DNA from: Candidatus Saccharimonadota bacterium
GTDB lineage: Bacteria > Patescibacteriota > Gracilibacteria > BD1-5 > UBA2023
Direction: 5' to 3'
NCBI GenBank assembly: GCA_046350815.1
Contig: JAXLZO010000001.1
Location: 30,001-62,000 of the forward strand
DNA: 32,000 bases
Below the pieces are notes generated by a model that saw nothing but the letters and a program-made list of their open reading frames with translations, was not told the DNA's origin and did not search any database. The position numbers and the translations under genes are program-made. Below are positions 21,031-29,583 of this stretch, piece after piece; positions within the stretch are counted from its first letter, which is position 1, and every line of letters begins with the position of its first letter.

Positions 21031-24000
21031 TTATAATAACATTGCTGACGATGTTTCTCAAGCTGTATTTGCTAGTGAAGCCTTTGTTTTTTCTTCTGCT
21101 AACTTTCTCGCAACCTCTTCTTTAGCTTGCTTTTCTAGTAATTGTTTAGCAGCCTCTTCTTCCAACAATTTTTTAGCAGCAGCATCTTTAGCTTGTTGCT
21201 CAGCCGTCGCTCAGAGAGCACTACTTACATCAACTCAACCAGTATTAGGAACCGCAGTACCAGATGGGATTTCCACAGCAGGTGTTCATGCTGTACTAGC
21301 TGGAGTAGTTGACACTCATGGTCGTGGCTCAGCAGCTCCGCCTCATTCAATAGTTGGTTTTGTTTCAGACTGAGTTGGTTTTGGCTGTTCTGGTGTTGGA
21401 GGGGTTGCAGGAATACTCTTTTGAATACCCGCACCGCCAGCCATATTCGTTTCTCGACCACCCTGCACACCAGCATCAGCTACCACATATCCATCAACTG
21501 CAGCAATAGTTGGAGTAGAAACCGAAGTAACCGTTCTATTATGCTTGATAAATTCAGGCTTTCCTATGAGAAAACTATCATTTGCACAGACAGAAAATTG
21601 TGCACGTGTGAATTTGAGTGGTTTTGCGAGTTTTACACCATCGATTTCCTCCTTTGCACCAGACAGAAGAGCAATAGCATCTTCTCGTGAAACATCTTTT
21701 CCAGTCGCTTTTTTAAGTGTCTCGAGAATAGCATCACGACGATCTGCAAAAGATTCACGGCTAAATGCAAGACCAAGAAGTGCCGCTTTATTTTCAGGGG
21801 ATAAAGCAGTTGTTTCCATCTGAGAACCCTTGATAACCTTTTCGATAGGAACAGCTATAAGCCCGCGAACTCCAACATTCTTTTGTGCCATACTTATGAT
21901 GGTGAAATAACCATCATTTGGTGAAATCTGCTCAACCGGTTTATCTTTTCATTCAAACTTTAATTTTGACAAACCCTGTTTCCACTGCACGCGATCAGTC
22001 GCTAACTCCGGACTGACAGTATCATTGATATCCCCAAAGAGACGGGCTTCATTATTCTGAAATGCATTTTGCTCATCTTTTTTATTATGATTTGCACGAT
22101 AAATATCCTGAAAATTCTTGCCAGACTTTGATCCAGCGTTTCGCATCTCACTATCGCCCATATTGATCGCAATAAGAGTATCAGCAAGATGGAGTAGTTT
22201 CTTTGGATCGTTTCATGCAGCTGCAAGGTCAGCTGCTAATTCTTTATTTCCTTTTTTTCCTGAAGCAAGTACTTGGAGTGATTTCTGAATAGACACAACA
22301 TCACCCTCCAACCAACCTCGTGTAAATGATCCAAATGCCTCTGTTTGCTCTCTCCGAAGTTCTTTTGCTCTTCATTCAGTAATTTTATACGACTCTGATT
22401 GTTTTTTCATATCACCGACAGCAATTTCTTCAGTCGTTTCACCAGATACTGTAGCACTCGGTGTAACTATTTTCTCACCTTCCTTGATAGAAAAGGTAAG
22501 GGTTTGAGTTCCATTAGGAGCAACACGAGCCTTGAAAGATATCTTGAGTGGAGCATCAGTCACTACCACCTGTTCACCATTTGCCTGAGTTGTAAAATTA
22601 AGTTTATCAGTAACTCAAGTAGTCCTTGCTATATCCCCACTAATAAATCGATATTCATATTTGTTATCAGGAAGCACCTTAGCTCGCACCACTCATCCAG
22701 GAAGTTTTACATATCCGTCTTCATCTTTAGTTGAAGAAAAATCGATAGATACATTACTAATGTCACTCGCGATTTTCTCAGCAAGTCATCTGTTTCCATT
22801 TTTCACTTCTACTCCATATTTATCAAGAACGATTCAGGCATAGACCGTAAGTGGTGACTCACCATGAAGGATTGATTTAAATCCGCCCCATTTCACCAGT
22901 CATTCAACTCACTTTACATTGAAACCCTCTGTGGAAGCAAATTCTATCATTTTGTTTTGTGATAGAAGATTTGCACAAGCTTCTTGAATATCAGCAAATG
23001 CAACGTTTTTTTGTGACAATTGACCAATTATATCACGAATAACCTGTTTTGAAGCAGCATCTGTAATCATACCATCTACAACACTCTGGAGTGATGCAAC
23101 ATCTTTAGTCTCACCGATTTTTTTGCGCATTACCTGAATCTCCTCATTCATCTTATGCTCAGCATCGTTAAAATTAAGACCGGCCCGAGCTCCAGTAACA
23201 TCAATCCCACCGCTTATCGTATATTGTCCCACTCCAACGCTTTTTTCCGCAAGAGCACTGGACTTACCATCACTCGTCAATTCATGTGTGTTGGCACGCA
23301 TATAAACATTGTTAAGTGCGATGGTATGACCAACATCAGGTATAGCTTTTACAACAGCAGCTAATTTTTTCTTAAAACCCTCTGGATTCTTACGATCATT
23401 CTCAGCAATTTTTTTCATTGCGACCGGATCCACCAAAAGTGCCTCAATGTATTTTTGATCGCCACCAGCAAGAACTGTTGCAATATCTACAGAGGTATCA
23501 TGCGAATCGGTAACCAAGTCTTGAACCATTTGAAGTTTTTTGGTAGCTTCCAGAATACCATTTCTGAGTTTCTCAGCACCAGCAGTATCCAGTTGTGTCA
23601 CGTCGAATCTTTCCTGCAGATCAGGAAGAAAGTTTGGATTATATGCTTGAGCATTTTTCATGAGAGTATAGAGCTGTGATTCACCCACAACAAACTTCTG
23701 AGATCCAGACGTAGAGTCAATTCCATAATCAGAATTAAAGACACGGATGAATTTCGTCCCGAGACCTTCTTTACTGCTTGCTTCAATACCAGCTTTATCG
23801 CCGTCAAGATTTGCAACCATCGCGATAAACTTTTGCTCAGGATTCTTAAGTTCTTGGATTTTATCTCATGATAGAGTTTCTCATTGTGCACTTAATGTTA
23901 TGGTTACTACAGAATCTGTTTTTTTTGCAATTTCAGTATTTACCTGGTTGAGATTATCTTTGGTAACCTTCAAGACCTCATTTTGATCTTTTTGCTTCTC

Positions 24001-24120
24001 ATTTGGTTTCAATTTCTTTAATCATTCATTCATTTGATGGTCAAAAGATGTCTCCCATACTTGAGGAGTTTCCGTTTTTTTGATAGGCTCTGGTCGATAT
24101 GGACCAAATTTTTCTGACAT
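21031..24120 (-). CDS. Large hypothetical protein with no N-terminal signal peptide and a Pro/Thr-rich plus Ala/Lys/Glu-rich C-terminus (1029 aa)
   Basis: Track ORFs 22909..23820, 22372..22569, 21949..22161 and 21343..21891 (all -) share a frame (top coordinate = 0 mod 3). They are joined by about 18 in-frame TGA with no TAA or TAG from ATG 24118-24120 to TAA 21031-21033. The N-terminus is MSEKFGPYRPEPIKKTETPQVWE. The tail reads PATPPTPEQPKPTQSETKP, then AEQQAKDAAAKKLLEEEAAKQLLEKQAKEEVARKLAEEK. Confidence 0.7.
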
Positions 24121-24263
24121 ATAAATATTTTTAGAATTTAATACCCCAATACACTACCATATTCCACTCAACTTTGTCGAATAGTTGAGCTTGACAAGAC
24201 TAAGATTTATGAAGAATCACTCCAAAGAGATATCCTGTAACAAAAAAGTCCTTCAAGAGAAAG

Positions 24264-24291
24264 AAAAATCACTCAACTATGAGTGACTTTT
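24264..24291 (-). terminator. Rho-independent terminator after the 220-aa secreted-protein gene
   Basis: AAAAA-TCACTCA-ACTA-TGAGTGA-CTTTT. On the minus strand the 7-bp stem is followed by a T-run, about 35 nt after the TAG at 24323-24325. Confidence 0.6.
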
Positions 24292-24322
24292 AAGAATAAG
24301 TAAAAATAAGAAAGAGAGACTA

Positions 24323-24985
24323 CTAGAAGTTAGCAGCTACAGTGACAATTACCTTATCAGTATAGCTTGTCGCTGGCGTATCTTCAGCAACCTTTGCAGA
24401 TGCAGTAAAAGTAAAGTCATCAATACCAACTGAAGTCTTGGATGGTTTGTTGGTGGTGTAGAGAGTGTAGGCAGTGACCGTACTGTTGATCTCACTACTG
24501 AGATTGGCAGTTTGAGTGAATCCAGGAGCAACACTATCAGATGCACCAGAGAGGGTAGTTGTCCACTTGTAGCTTTCAGCAATACCATCAGCAACGAGTG
24601 TATTGAGGATATCACCAGATGCAGAGAGCATACCTCCATTGAGAGATTTAGCAGTGACTGATGCACCAGCTGATGCATTGGTACCGATTTCCATAGTTAC
24701 TGATCCTGATGTATAGGTAGTAGGATTGAGGTATCCGAGATCAATAGTGTCTGCGGAGATTGCCATATTGAGGATAGGGCGTACTTTTGCTTTTACGATG
24801 ATACCATTGATGGTACCAGAGGCAGAACCTGGAATGGTATCATTCCAGTTGATCGCGGTGGTGAGACCACCGGATCCGGTAACCGTACCGGTACCGATCT
24901 GAGAAGCAAAAGCTGATGATGCACCGAACGCAGCAAATGCTGCTACGGTAGAGAGGGCGATAAATCGCTTGGTATTGGTATTCAT
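24323..24985 (-). CDS. Secreted beta-rich Thr/Ser/Gly/Ala-rich protein, candidate abundant surface or fibre subunit (220 aa)
   Basis: The Sec signal is MNTNTKRFIALSTVAAFAAFGASSAFA|SQ. There is no in-frame TGA despite 20 Gly by hand count. The protein ends YTDKVIVTVAANF. It has its own promoter-like element and terminator. The start is trimmed from the track start at 25120 to the ATG at 24983-24985. Confidence 0.75.
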   Translation of the reverse strand: MNTNTKRFIALSTVAAFAAFGASSAFASQIGTGTVTGSGGLTTAINWNDTIPGSASGTINGIIVKAKVRPILNMAISADTIDLGYLNPTTYTSGSVTMEIGTNASAGASVTAKSLNGGMLSASGDILNTLVADGIAESYKWTTTLSGASDSVAPGFTQTANLSSEINSTVTAYTLYTTNKPSKTSVGIDDFTFTASAKVAEDTPATSYTDKVIVTVAANF

Positions 24986-25092
24986 AACAATAACAATGAA
25001 AGAAGATGTAATATATAACAAAGCAATCATATGTACGATATGCTTGTTCACTCTCCAGACTACCCTATGTTTTTCTCTTACGCAAATAATCG

Positions 25093-25120
25093 AATATACA
25101 AAAAATGAGTTTGTGTTCAA
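25093..25120 (-). promoter_or_regulatory. Sigma70-like promoter for the 220-aa secreted-protein gene
   Basis: On the minus strand: TTGAAC (25120-25115), a 16-nt spacer, then TATATT (25098-25093). It lies about 100 nt upstream of the ATG. Confidence 0.4.
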
Positions 25121-25170
25121 AATAATAAATGATAACCGTCTATCATCCTCACGAAAAAGAAGCCCAAAGA

Positions 25171-25518
25171 GTAAAACGAGTCAGAGATTTGTATTTGAGG
25201 CGAGGAAGATCCTGAATCAAGTTCAGGATGACAAAATACAACTCTCACTGCTCGTAAACTCGTTTTTTCGACTCATTGCATCTATGTAATTCGCTGGACT
25301 ACTGAAGTTTACCCCATCATTGAAGGGTCTATGAGAAAATTTTTTTGTTCCTATCAAACCTCAATCAGTCCAAGAAAGTGTAACAACACAATAGTTCGGA
25401 GAATCAAAGTATGTCATCCTCGCGGAGGCGGGGATCTTGTATTCTTGTATTTGTCTTTATGTCTTTATGTATTTTGTTCCCCCTCATTGAGGGGGTTAGG
25501 GGGAGTTGTATTTTTTTT
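25171..25518. repeat. Intergenic mosaic hairpin-repeat cluster E
   Basis: Modules: GATCCTGAATCAAGTTCAGGATGACA at 25208-25233. AAAATACAACTC..CTCGTAAACTCGTTTTTTC at 25233-25270, homologous to 78-116. ATTGCATCTATGTAATTCGCTG at 25275-25296. The perfect 25-mer at 25413-25437. CCCCCTCATTGAGGGGG at 25479-25495. GGGGGAGTTGTATTTT at 25499-25514. Confidence 0.85.
25233..25514. mobile_element. Possible MITE-like unit bounded by 12-bp inverted repeats
   Basis: AAAATACAACTC (25233-25244) and GAGTTGTATTTT (25503-25514) are perfect inverted repeats enclosing about 280 bp of hairpin modules. A shorter analogous pair occurs in cluster A: 78-94 against the imperfect GGCTGTATTTTT at about 184-195. There is no coding capacity, and no target-site duplication was verified. 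Confidence 0.3.
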
Positions 25519-25527
25519 GAAATATAT

Positions 25528-25554
25528 AAAAAACGCAGGAATCTGCGTTTTTTA
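25528..25554 (-). terminator. Rho-independent bidirectional terminator downstream of the CHAP gene
   Basis: AAAAAACGCAG-GAAT-CTGCGTTTTTT has an 8-bp stem including A/T extension, with flanking A and T runs. Confidence 0.7.
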
Positions 25555-25559
25555 TTTCA

Positions 25560-25632
25560 CTGTCATCAGTCTATCATTAGCCTATCATCAGTCTATAATC
25601 AATTTTTGATCTATCATCAATCTTTAATCTAC
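25560..25632 (+). repeat. Phased 11-bp direct-repeat array (Pho-box-like architecture)
   Basis: Units: CTGTCATcagt (25560-70), CTATCATtagc (25571-81), CTATCATcagt (25582-92), CTATAATcaat (25593-603), a 7-nt spacer, CTATCATcaat (25611-21), CTTTAATctac (25622-32). The last two units overlap the CHAP stop codon at 25624-25626. Confidence 0.85.
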
Positions 25633-26226
25633 ATAGATGTATCACTTGATAGCAGGATGATCTTTGGGGATTTCTCGGATGGTTACGGTGTTGAGTTTTT
25701 GATAGTTCATGTCTTTGATGATGATCTTGGTATCTTTGATTCAGACAACAATTCATACATGTCAGTAGTAGGGATTGTATCCATGTCATTCAAGCTGTAT
25801 GATAGCACCAACAGCTGGGGCTTTACCAGTAGGTACTCATTGAGCTTTGGCATTACGGATCCATTGGTTTGCATTTCATCTCCAGGTTACACTCTTGTTC
25901 TGTGCGACGAAAGCGGTACAGTTTCACCAAGAAAAACGGGGATTATGACCATGATCTTTGATGCGATACGTCTTGTATCATCCCGTAAAAGGATCATCAG
26001 TATCAAGAAGACTTTCTGATTTTTTTGGTATTTCTGAGTGAATACTGGCTCATGTTTGATACACTTCAGCAGGTAGCATAAAAGATGGAGCATCCGTCAC
26101 ATAGTGACCTCATACATTAGCCGGATGGGACTCAATGATCTGGAAGGCAAATACTTGAGAAAAGCTTACCATCACACAGATAAGTGTCGTTGTAACCGTT
26201 GCTATCGATCTCGTATAACTATTCAT
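25624..26226 (-). CDS. Secreted CHAP-domain peptidoglycan amidase/endopeptidase (200 aa)
   Basis: This gene is visible only with TGA=Gly, reading through about 11 in-frame TGA. The signal peptide is MNSYTRSIATVTTLICVMVSFSQVFA. The catalytic region is FSW[TGA]NCTAFVAQNKSVTWR[TGA]NANQWIRNAKAQ[TGA]VPTGKAPAVGAIIQLE...Y[TGA]HV[TGA]IVV[TGA]IKDTKIIIKDMNY, with the Cys...His layout of CHAP. ATG is at 26224-26226 and stop TAA at 25624-25626. Confidence 0.8.
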
Positions 26227-26361
26227 AGAATACTTTTCGAACTAAAATCGAGTGGTCCTCCTACCACAAGCCCCTTACATATATCTAGCATGCTCTATAA
26301 ATTTCATATATGCAAATATTCGAATATACTCCTCGAAAATAGTATGCGTAATACAAAAAAT

Positions 26362-27222
26362 ATGAACTCTGAAAAGCTCTCTATTGTCTTCTTTGGAAGC
26401 AATCATCTCTCCGTCGCATGCCTGGAAAAACTCGTTATGGATGAACGATTTGAGGTGCTTGCGGTTGCCTCTCAAACCGACAAGCCAGCGGGTCGCGGAC
26501 ACAAACTCACACCAACACCCGTAAGTCAGTATGCCATTGATCATGAAATCGCACTCTATCGATGTGATCGACCTTCACGAGATGAAGTATTATTCAATGC
26601 ACTTCACTCTATGAGACCAGATTACTTTGTCGTGGTCGCCTATGGAGCCATACTTCCCCAAAGATATCTCGATATCCCCAAGAAGCTCTCGGTCAATGTA
26701 CATGGGTCAATCCTCCCAGCATATCGAGGAGCTTCACCAATACAGACTGCTATCCTCGACCAAGCATCCATCACTGGCGTAACTATCATGCAAATGAGTA
26801 TGGGTATGGATGAGTGAGATATACTCTCAACGCAAGAAATCCTCATCGATGAAGCTGAAACAACTGGAAGCCTCTTTGAGAAATTTGCCATCGTATCGCC
26901 TAATCTTCTTGTGGAGACAATAGCAGAATACCATCAAGGAAAGATTGAGAGAATTCCACAAGATCATGCAAGAGCAACCTACACTCGCAAATTCACCAAA
27001 GAAGATGCGCGTTGGAACCTAGAAAAAACCATGGACGAAAATCTCGCTATCATGCGAGCAAATACTCCGGGTGCAATGCTCTGGGGAGAAATCGACGGGA
27101 AGAGGTATAAATTCACAAAACTCGAGAAAACAAGCGCTATCAATGAAGAGTGGGTACTCTCGTGTAGTGATGGTTGACTCAAAGTCATTGAAGCAATCGA
27201 CAACCTCGGAAAGAAAGTTTAA
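26362..27222 (+). CDS. fmt: Methionyl-tRNA formyltransferase (286 aa)
   Basis: LSIVFFGSNHLSVACLEKL..LAVASQTDKPAGRGHKLTPTPV..PDYFVVVAYGAILPQRYL..SVNVHGSILPAYRGASPIQTAIL contains the HxSLLPxxRG motif. MDE[TGA]DIL has TGA at 26815-26817. A second TGA is at 27175-27177. Stop is TAA at 27220-27222. Confidence 0.9.
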
Positions 27223-27253
27223 AAAAATCCGTTTCACAATTTGTGAAACGGAT
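27220..27253 (-). terminator. Rho-independent terminator oriented for a minus-strand transcript (convergent with fmt)
   Basis: ATCCGTTTCACAA/TTTGTGAAACGGAT (27227-27253) is a perfect 13-bp stem. The T-run follows it only on the minus strand, as the complement of AAAAAAA at 27220-27226. Confidence 0.7.
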
Positions 27254-27331
27254 GGTTATCGATTTTATTTATACAAATGAGAGGACAGGAGCTTCAATTA
27301 AGTTTAAACTGGAAATTTCTGAAAATACAGA

Positions 27332-27766
27332 CTATATCCCCAATAATAATAAGATATTCGCAATTAGTAAATATAGAAATAACAATCAAACAGGTATAAA
27401 AAAGATCAATCGAGCGTACAATTTTTGTGTTATAACCAACATCAAGGTAATGTATCAAATATATATTAGTACTGGAGCAAATAAAAACATTGAGAAAATC
27501 AATAATGGTATCAAAAAATTCCTAGCTAATATACAACCATTACTAACCATAGTAACATTTGGTCATAAACTAAAAATATCTATGCATAAAAAACTAGAAA
27601 GAATTCACATAATTAGAATAGACAACGGAACTCAAACAACTCCAATATACAAAGATATTTTATTTAAATTAAAACGGGTGGTCATATTTAAAATAGAAAA
27701 TACTAAAACAAACAATTCAAGAATAACAGGCTTCCTTCAATATGTCAAAAAGAAAGAATATCACAT
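27332..27766 (-). CDS. Candidate small polytopic membrane protein in a low-GC patch (about 117-151 aa depending on start)
   Basis: The minus-strand frame is open from 27787 to TAG at 27332-27334 when TGA=Gly. It includes TGAs at 27632, 27605, 27563, 27455 and 27386, plus 27737 and 27761 (and 27779 with the 27787 start). The product is strongly hydrophobic: ...ISLYIGVVGVPLSILIMGILSSFLCIDIF...FLIPLLIFSMFLFAPVLIYIGYITLMLVI...LIFFIPVGLLFLYLLIANILLLLGI. A correctly oriented terminator lies at 27220-27253. The gene competes with the fully antisense standard-code ORF 27243..27797(+). Candidate starts are 27787, 27766 and 27685. Confidence 0.45.
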
Positions 27767-27827
27767 AAAAACTTGCCCTCACCCCATTCCTCTCTAAAAT
27801 ACGATCACTCATTTCTTACGACACGTC

Positions 27828-28595
27828 ATGTTTCCAATCGCCATCAATAGTTTTCGCGAATTTATTCGCAACAAAATACTCTCACTCATTACGTTCTTTG
27901 CTCTTCTTCTCATTGGCTTCTCCCTCTTTCTTGCATCGATTAGCATGGGAGAATCAACTCGACTCGTAGTAGATTTTGGACTTCAGATGATTGAACTCTT
28001 TGGGGTTTTGACGGTCGCATTTCTCGGGAGCCAAATGCTCTTTCGTGAGCTCGAAGGACGTACCATCTATCTCATTCTCTCAAAACCTATTGAGAGACAT
28101 GAGTTTCTCATTGGCAAATTTCTTGGGCTTGCTATGGTGATGCTCTTACTCGTCGGTATTGAATCAGGTGCGCTGCTGATCATTATGGCAATCAAAGGCA
28201 TGACCATCTCACCTTTGATTCTCCTTTCACTGCTCATGATTAGTATCAAGCTTCTTATCCTCATAGGAGTTATTATCTTCTTCTCTACCTTTACTGCGCC
28301 ACTCATAGCACTCAGCTCGAGTGTGGCAGTGTATTTGATAGGTCATACTGGTAGTGATCTTATCACTATGGGTATACGAACGGGAAATCATTTTATTGTC
28401 GCGATGGGGAGATTTATAGAAGTGGTATTTCCAAATATGGAAGCACTCTCACTTCCAAAATACGCTCTCAACTCTTCTATACATCTCTCATCATCAACTC
28501 TCTTTATAGCTATGGGAATAGCACTTGCATATATAACTATTCTTCTAATAAGTGCATCTTGGATCTTTAATCGAAAAAACTTTGAACGATTCTAA
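27828..28595 (+). CDS. ABC-2 family transporter permease (255 aa)
   Basis: This is an intact track ORF with six or more hydrophobic segments. The N-terminus MFPIAINSFREFIRNKILSLITFF..., followed by SKPIERHEFLIGKFLG, is typical of NosY/ABC-2-type permeases. There is no in-frame TGA, and no ATPase partner lies in the window. Confidence 0.7.
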   Translation: MFPIAINSFREFIRNKILSLITFFALLLIGFSLFLASISMGESTRLVVDFGLQMIELFGVLTVAFLGSQMLFRELEGRTIYLILSKPIERHEFLIGKFLGLAMVMLLLVGIESGALLIIMAIKGMTISPLILLSLLMISIKLLILIGVIIFFSTFTAPLIALSSSVAVYLIGHTGSDLITMGIRTGNHFIVAMGRFIEVVFPNMEALSLPKYALNSSIHLSSSTLFIAMGIALAYITILLISASWIFNRKNFERF

Positions 28596-29571
28596 TTATC
28601 CTTGGGCCTATATCCAAGGATTTGTTGACTTTTTCGGGGTACGGATTCTATGTGATGAGCGAGCACTGATCCCTCGATTTGAGAGCGAGAGTTTGGTACG
28701 TTATGCTCTCAAGCAAATAGAGCAAGCATGAACATCAAAACATCATAGTCTCATATGGGATGTCGGAGCTGGAACGTGAGTTCTCTGAATTAGCCTACTA
28801 AAAGCTCTGGATCACAAAAACACCGCACCCACCTCGCTTATCATCAGCGACATATCGCAAGAAGCTATTGATCTTGCTTATAAAAATATTGAACTCCACG
28901 CTCTCAGTGCAAGGAGTAGCCATCTTGTATCATCTCTGCTCTCAAGAGTCCCAGATGGTATACAGATAACAGATCATCTTATTATCCTTGCGAACCTTCC
29001 GTACATTCGAGATGATGAGAAAGAAATCATGAGCCCCGATACAGCATATGAACCAAGCATAGCACTCTATGGGAGTGATCCAGACGGGCTCTGACTCTAT
29101 CGTATACTCATTGAACAGATCAAGGATATCCATCGAAATTACAACAATCTCACAAGAATCGATATTTTTTTTGAATATGGACACGATCAAAAAACTGATT
29201 TTCTTGCTTCCCTTGACTGGCCTGGAACATACACAACCTTTGATGATCTCTCTGGAACGCAGCGATTTGCACATCTTACACTCACTTCTATGACATTCAA
29301 GAACCTCAATCTCTCACATATGTGGCAAAATCCACAAGCAAAAGCAGCAATCATCTATCATGATGTAGTCAAAACCATTCATGAAGCATCACCAGAAATA
29401 ACACCAACAAGTGTAGAACACAAATGAGAACAGATTATCATTAGTTGCCGAAACCCTGTATCAATCACGATTCTCAAAGAATCCCAAGAACTTATATTGC
29501 AAAATATTTCAGAACTCTTCAAGAAATATGGTGATACAAAAAATGCTCCGAAGAAAATTGCATTTCGTTAA
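28552..29571 (+). CDS. prmC: HemK/PrmC-family N5-glutamine methyltransferase with a short N-terminus and a roughly 100-aa C-terminal extension (339 aa)
   Basis: PWAYIQGFVDFFGVRILCDERALIPRFESE; the SAM motif DVGAGT[TGA]VL[TGA]ISL with TGAs at 28777-28779 and 28786-28788; and the catalytic NLPYI (NPPY-type). The frame runs from GTG 28552 (or TTG 28582) to TAA at 29569-29571. No fragment reaches the 60-aa cutoff of the track. The start overlaps the permease 3' end. Confidence 0.75.
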
Positions 29572-29583
29572 TTTCTAGTGACT

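Noticed and set aside
8354-25437. The perfectly repeated 25-mer as a CRISPR array
   Set aside because: The copies are 3-10 kb apart and separated by genes. There are no regularly spaced 25-40-bp spacers and no cas genes in the window.
25411-26019. The 202-aa + strand ORF from the supplied track
   Set aside because: It starts inside hairpin-repeat cluster E, runs through a terminator and the 11-bp repeat array, and has no recognisable motifs. The opposite strand encodes a clear CHAP-domain protein under code 25, so I treat it as an antisense shadow ORF.
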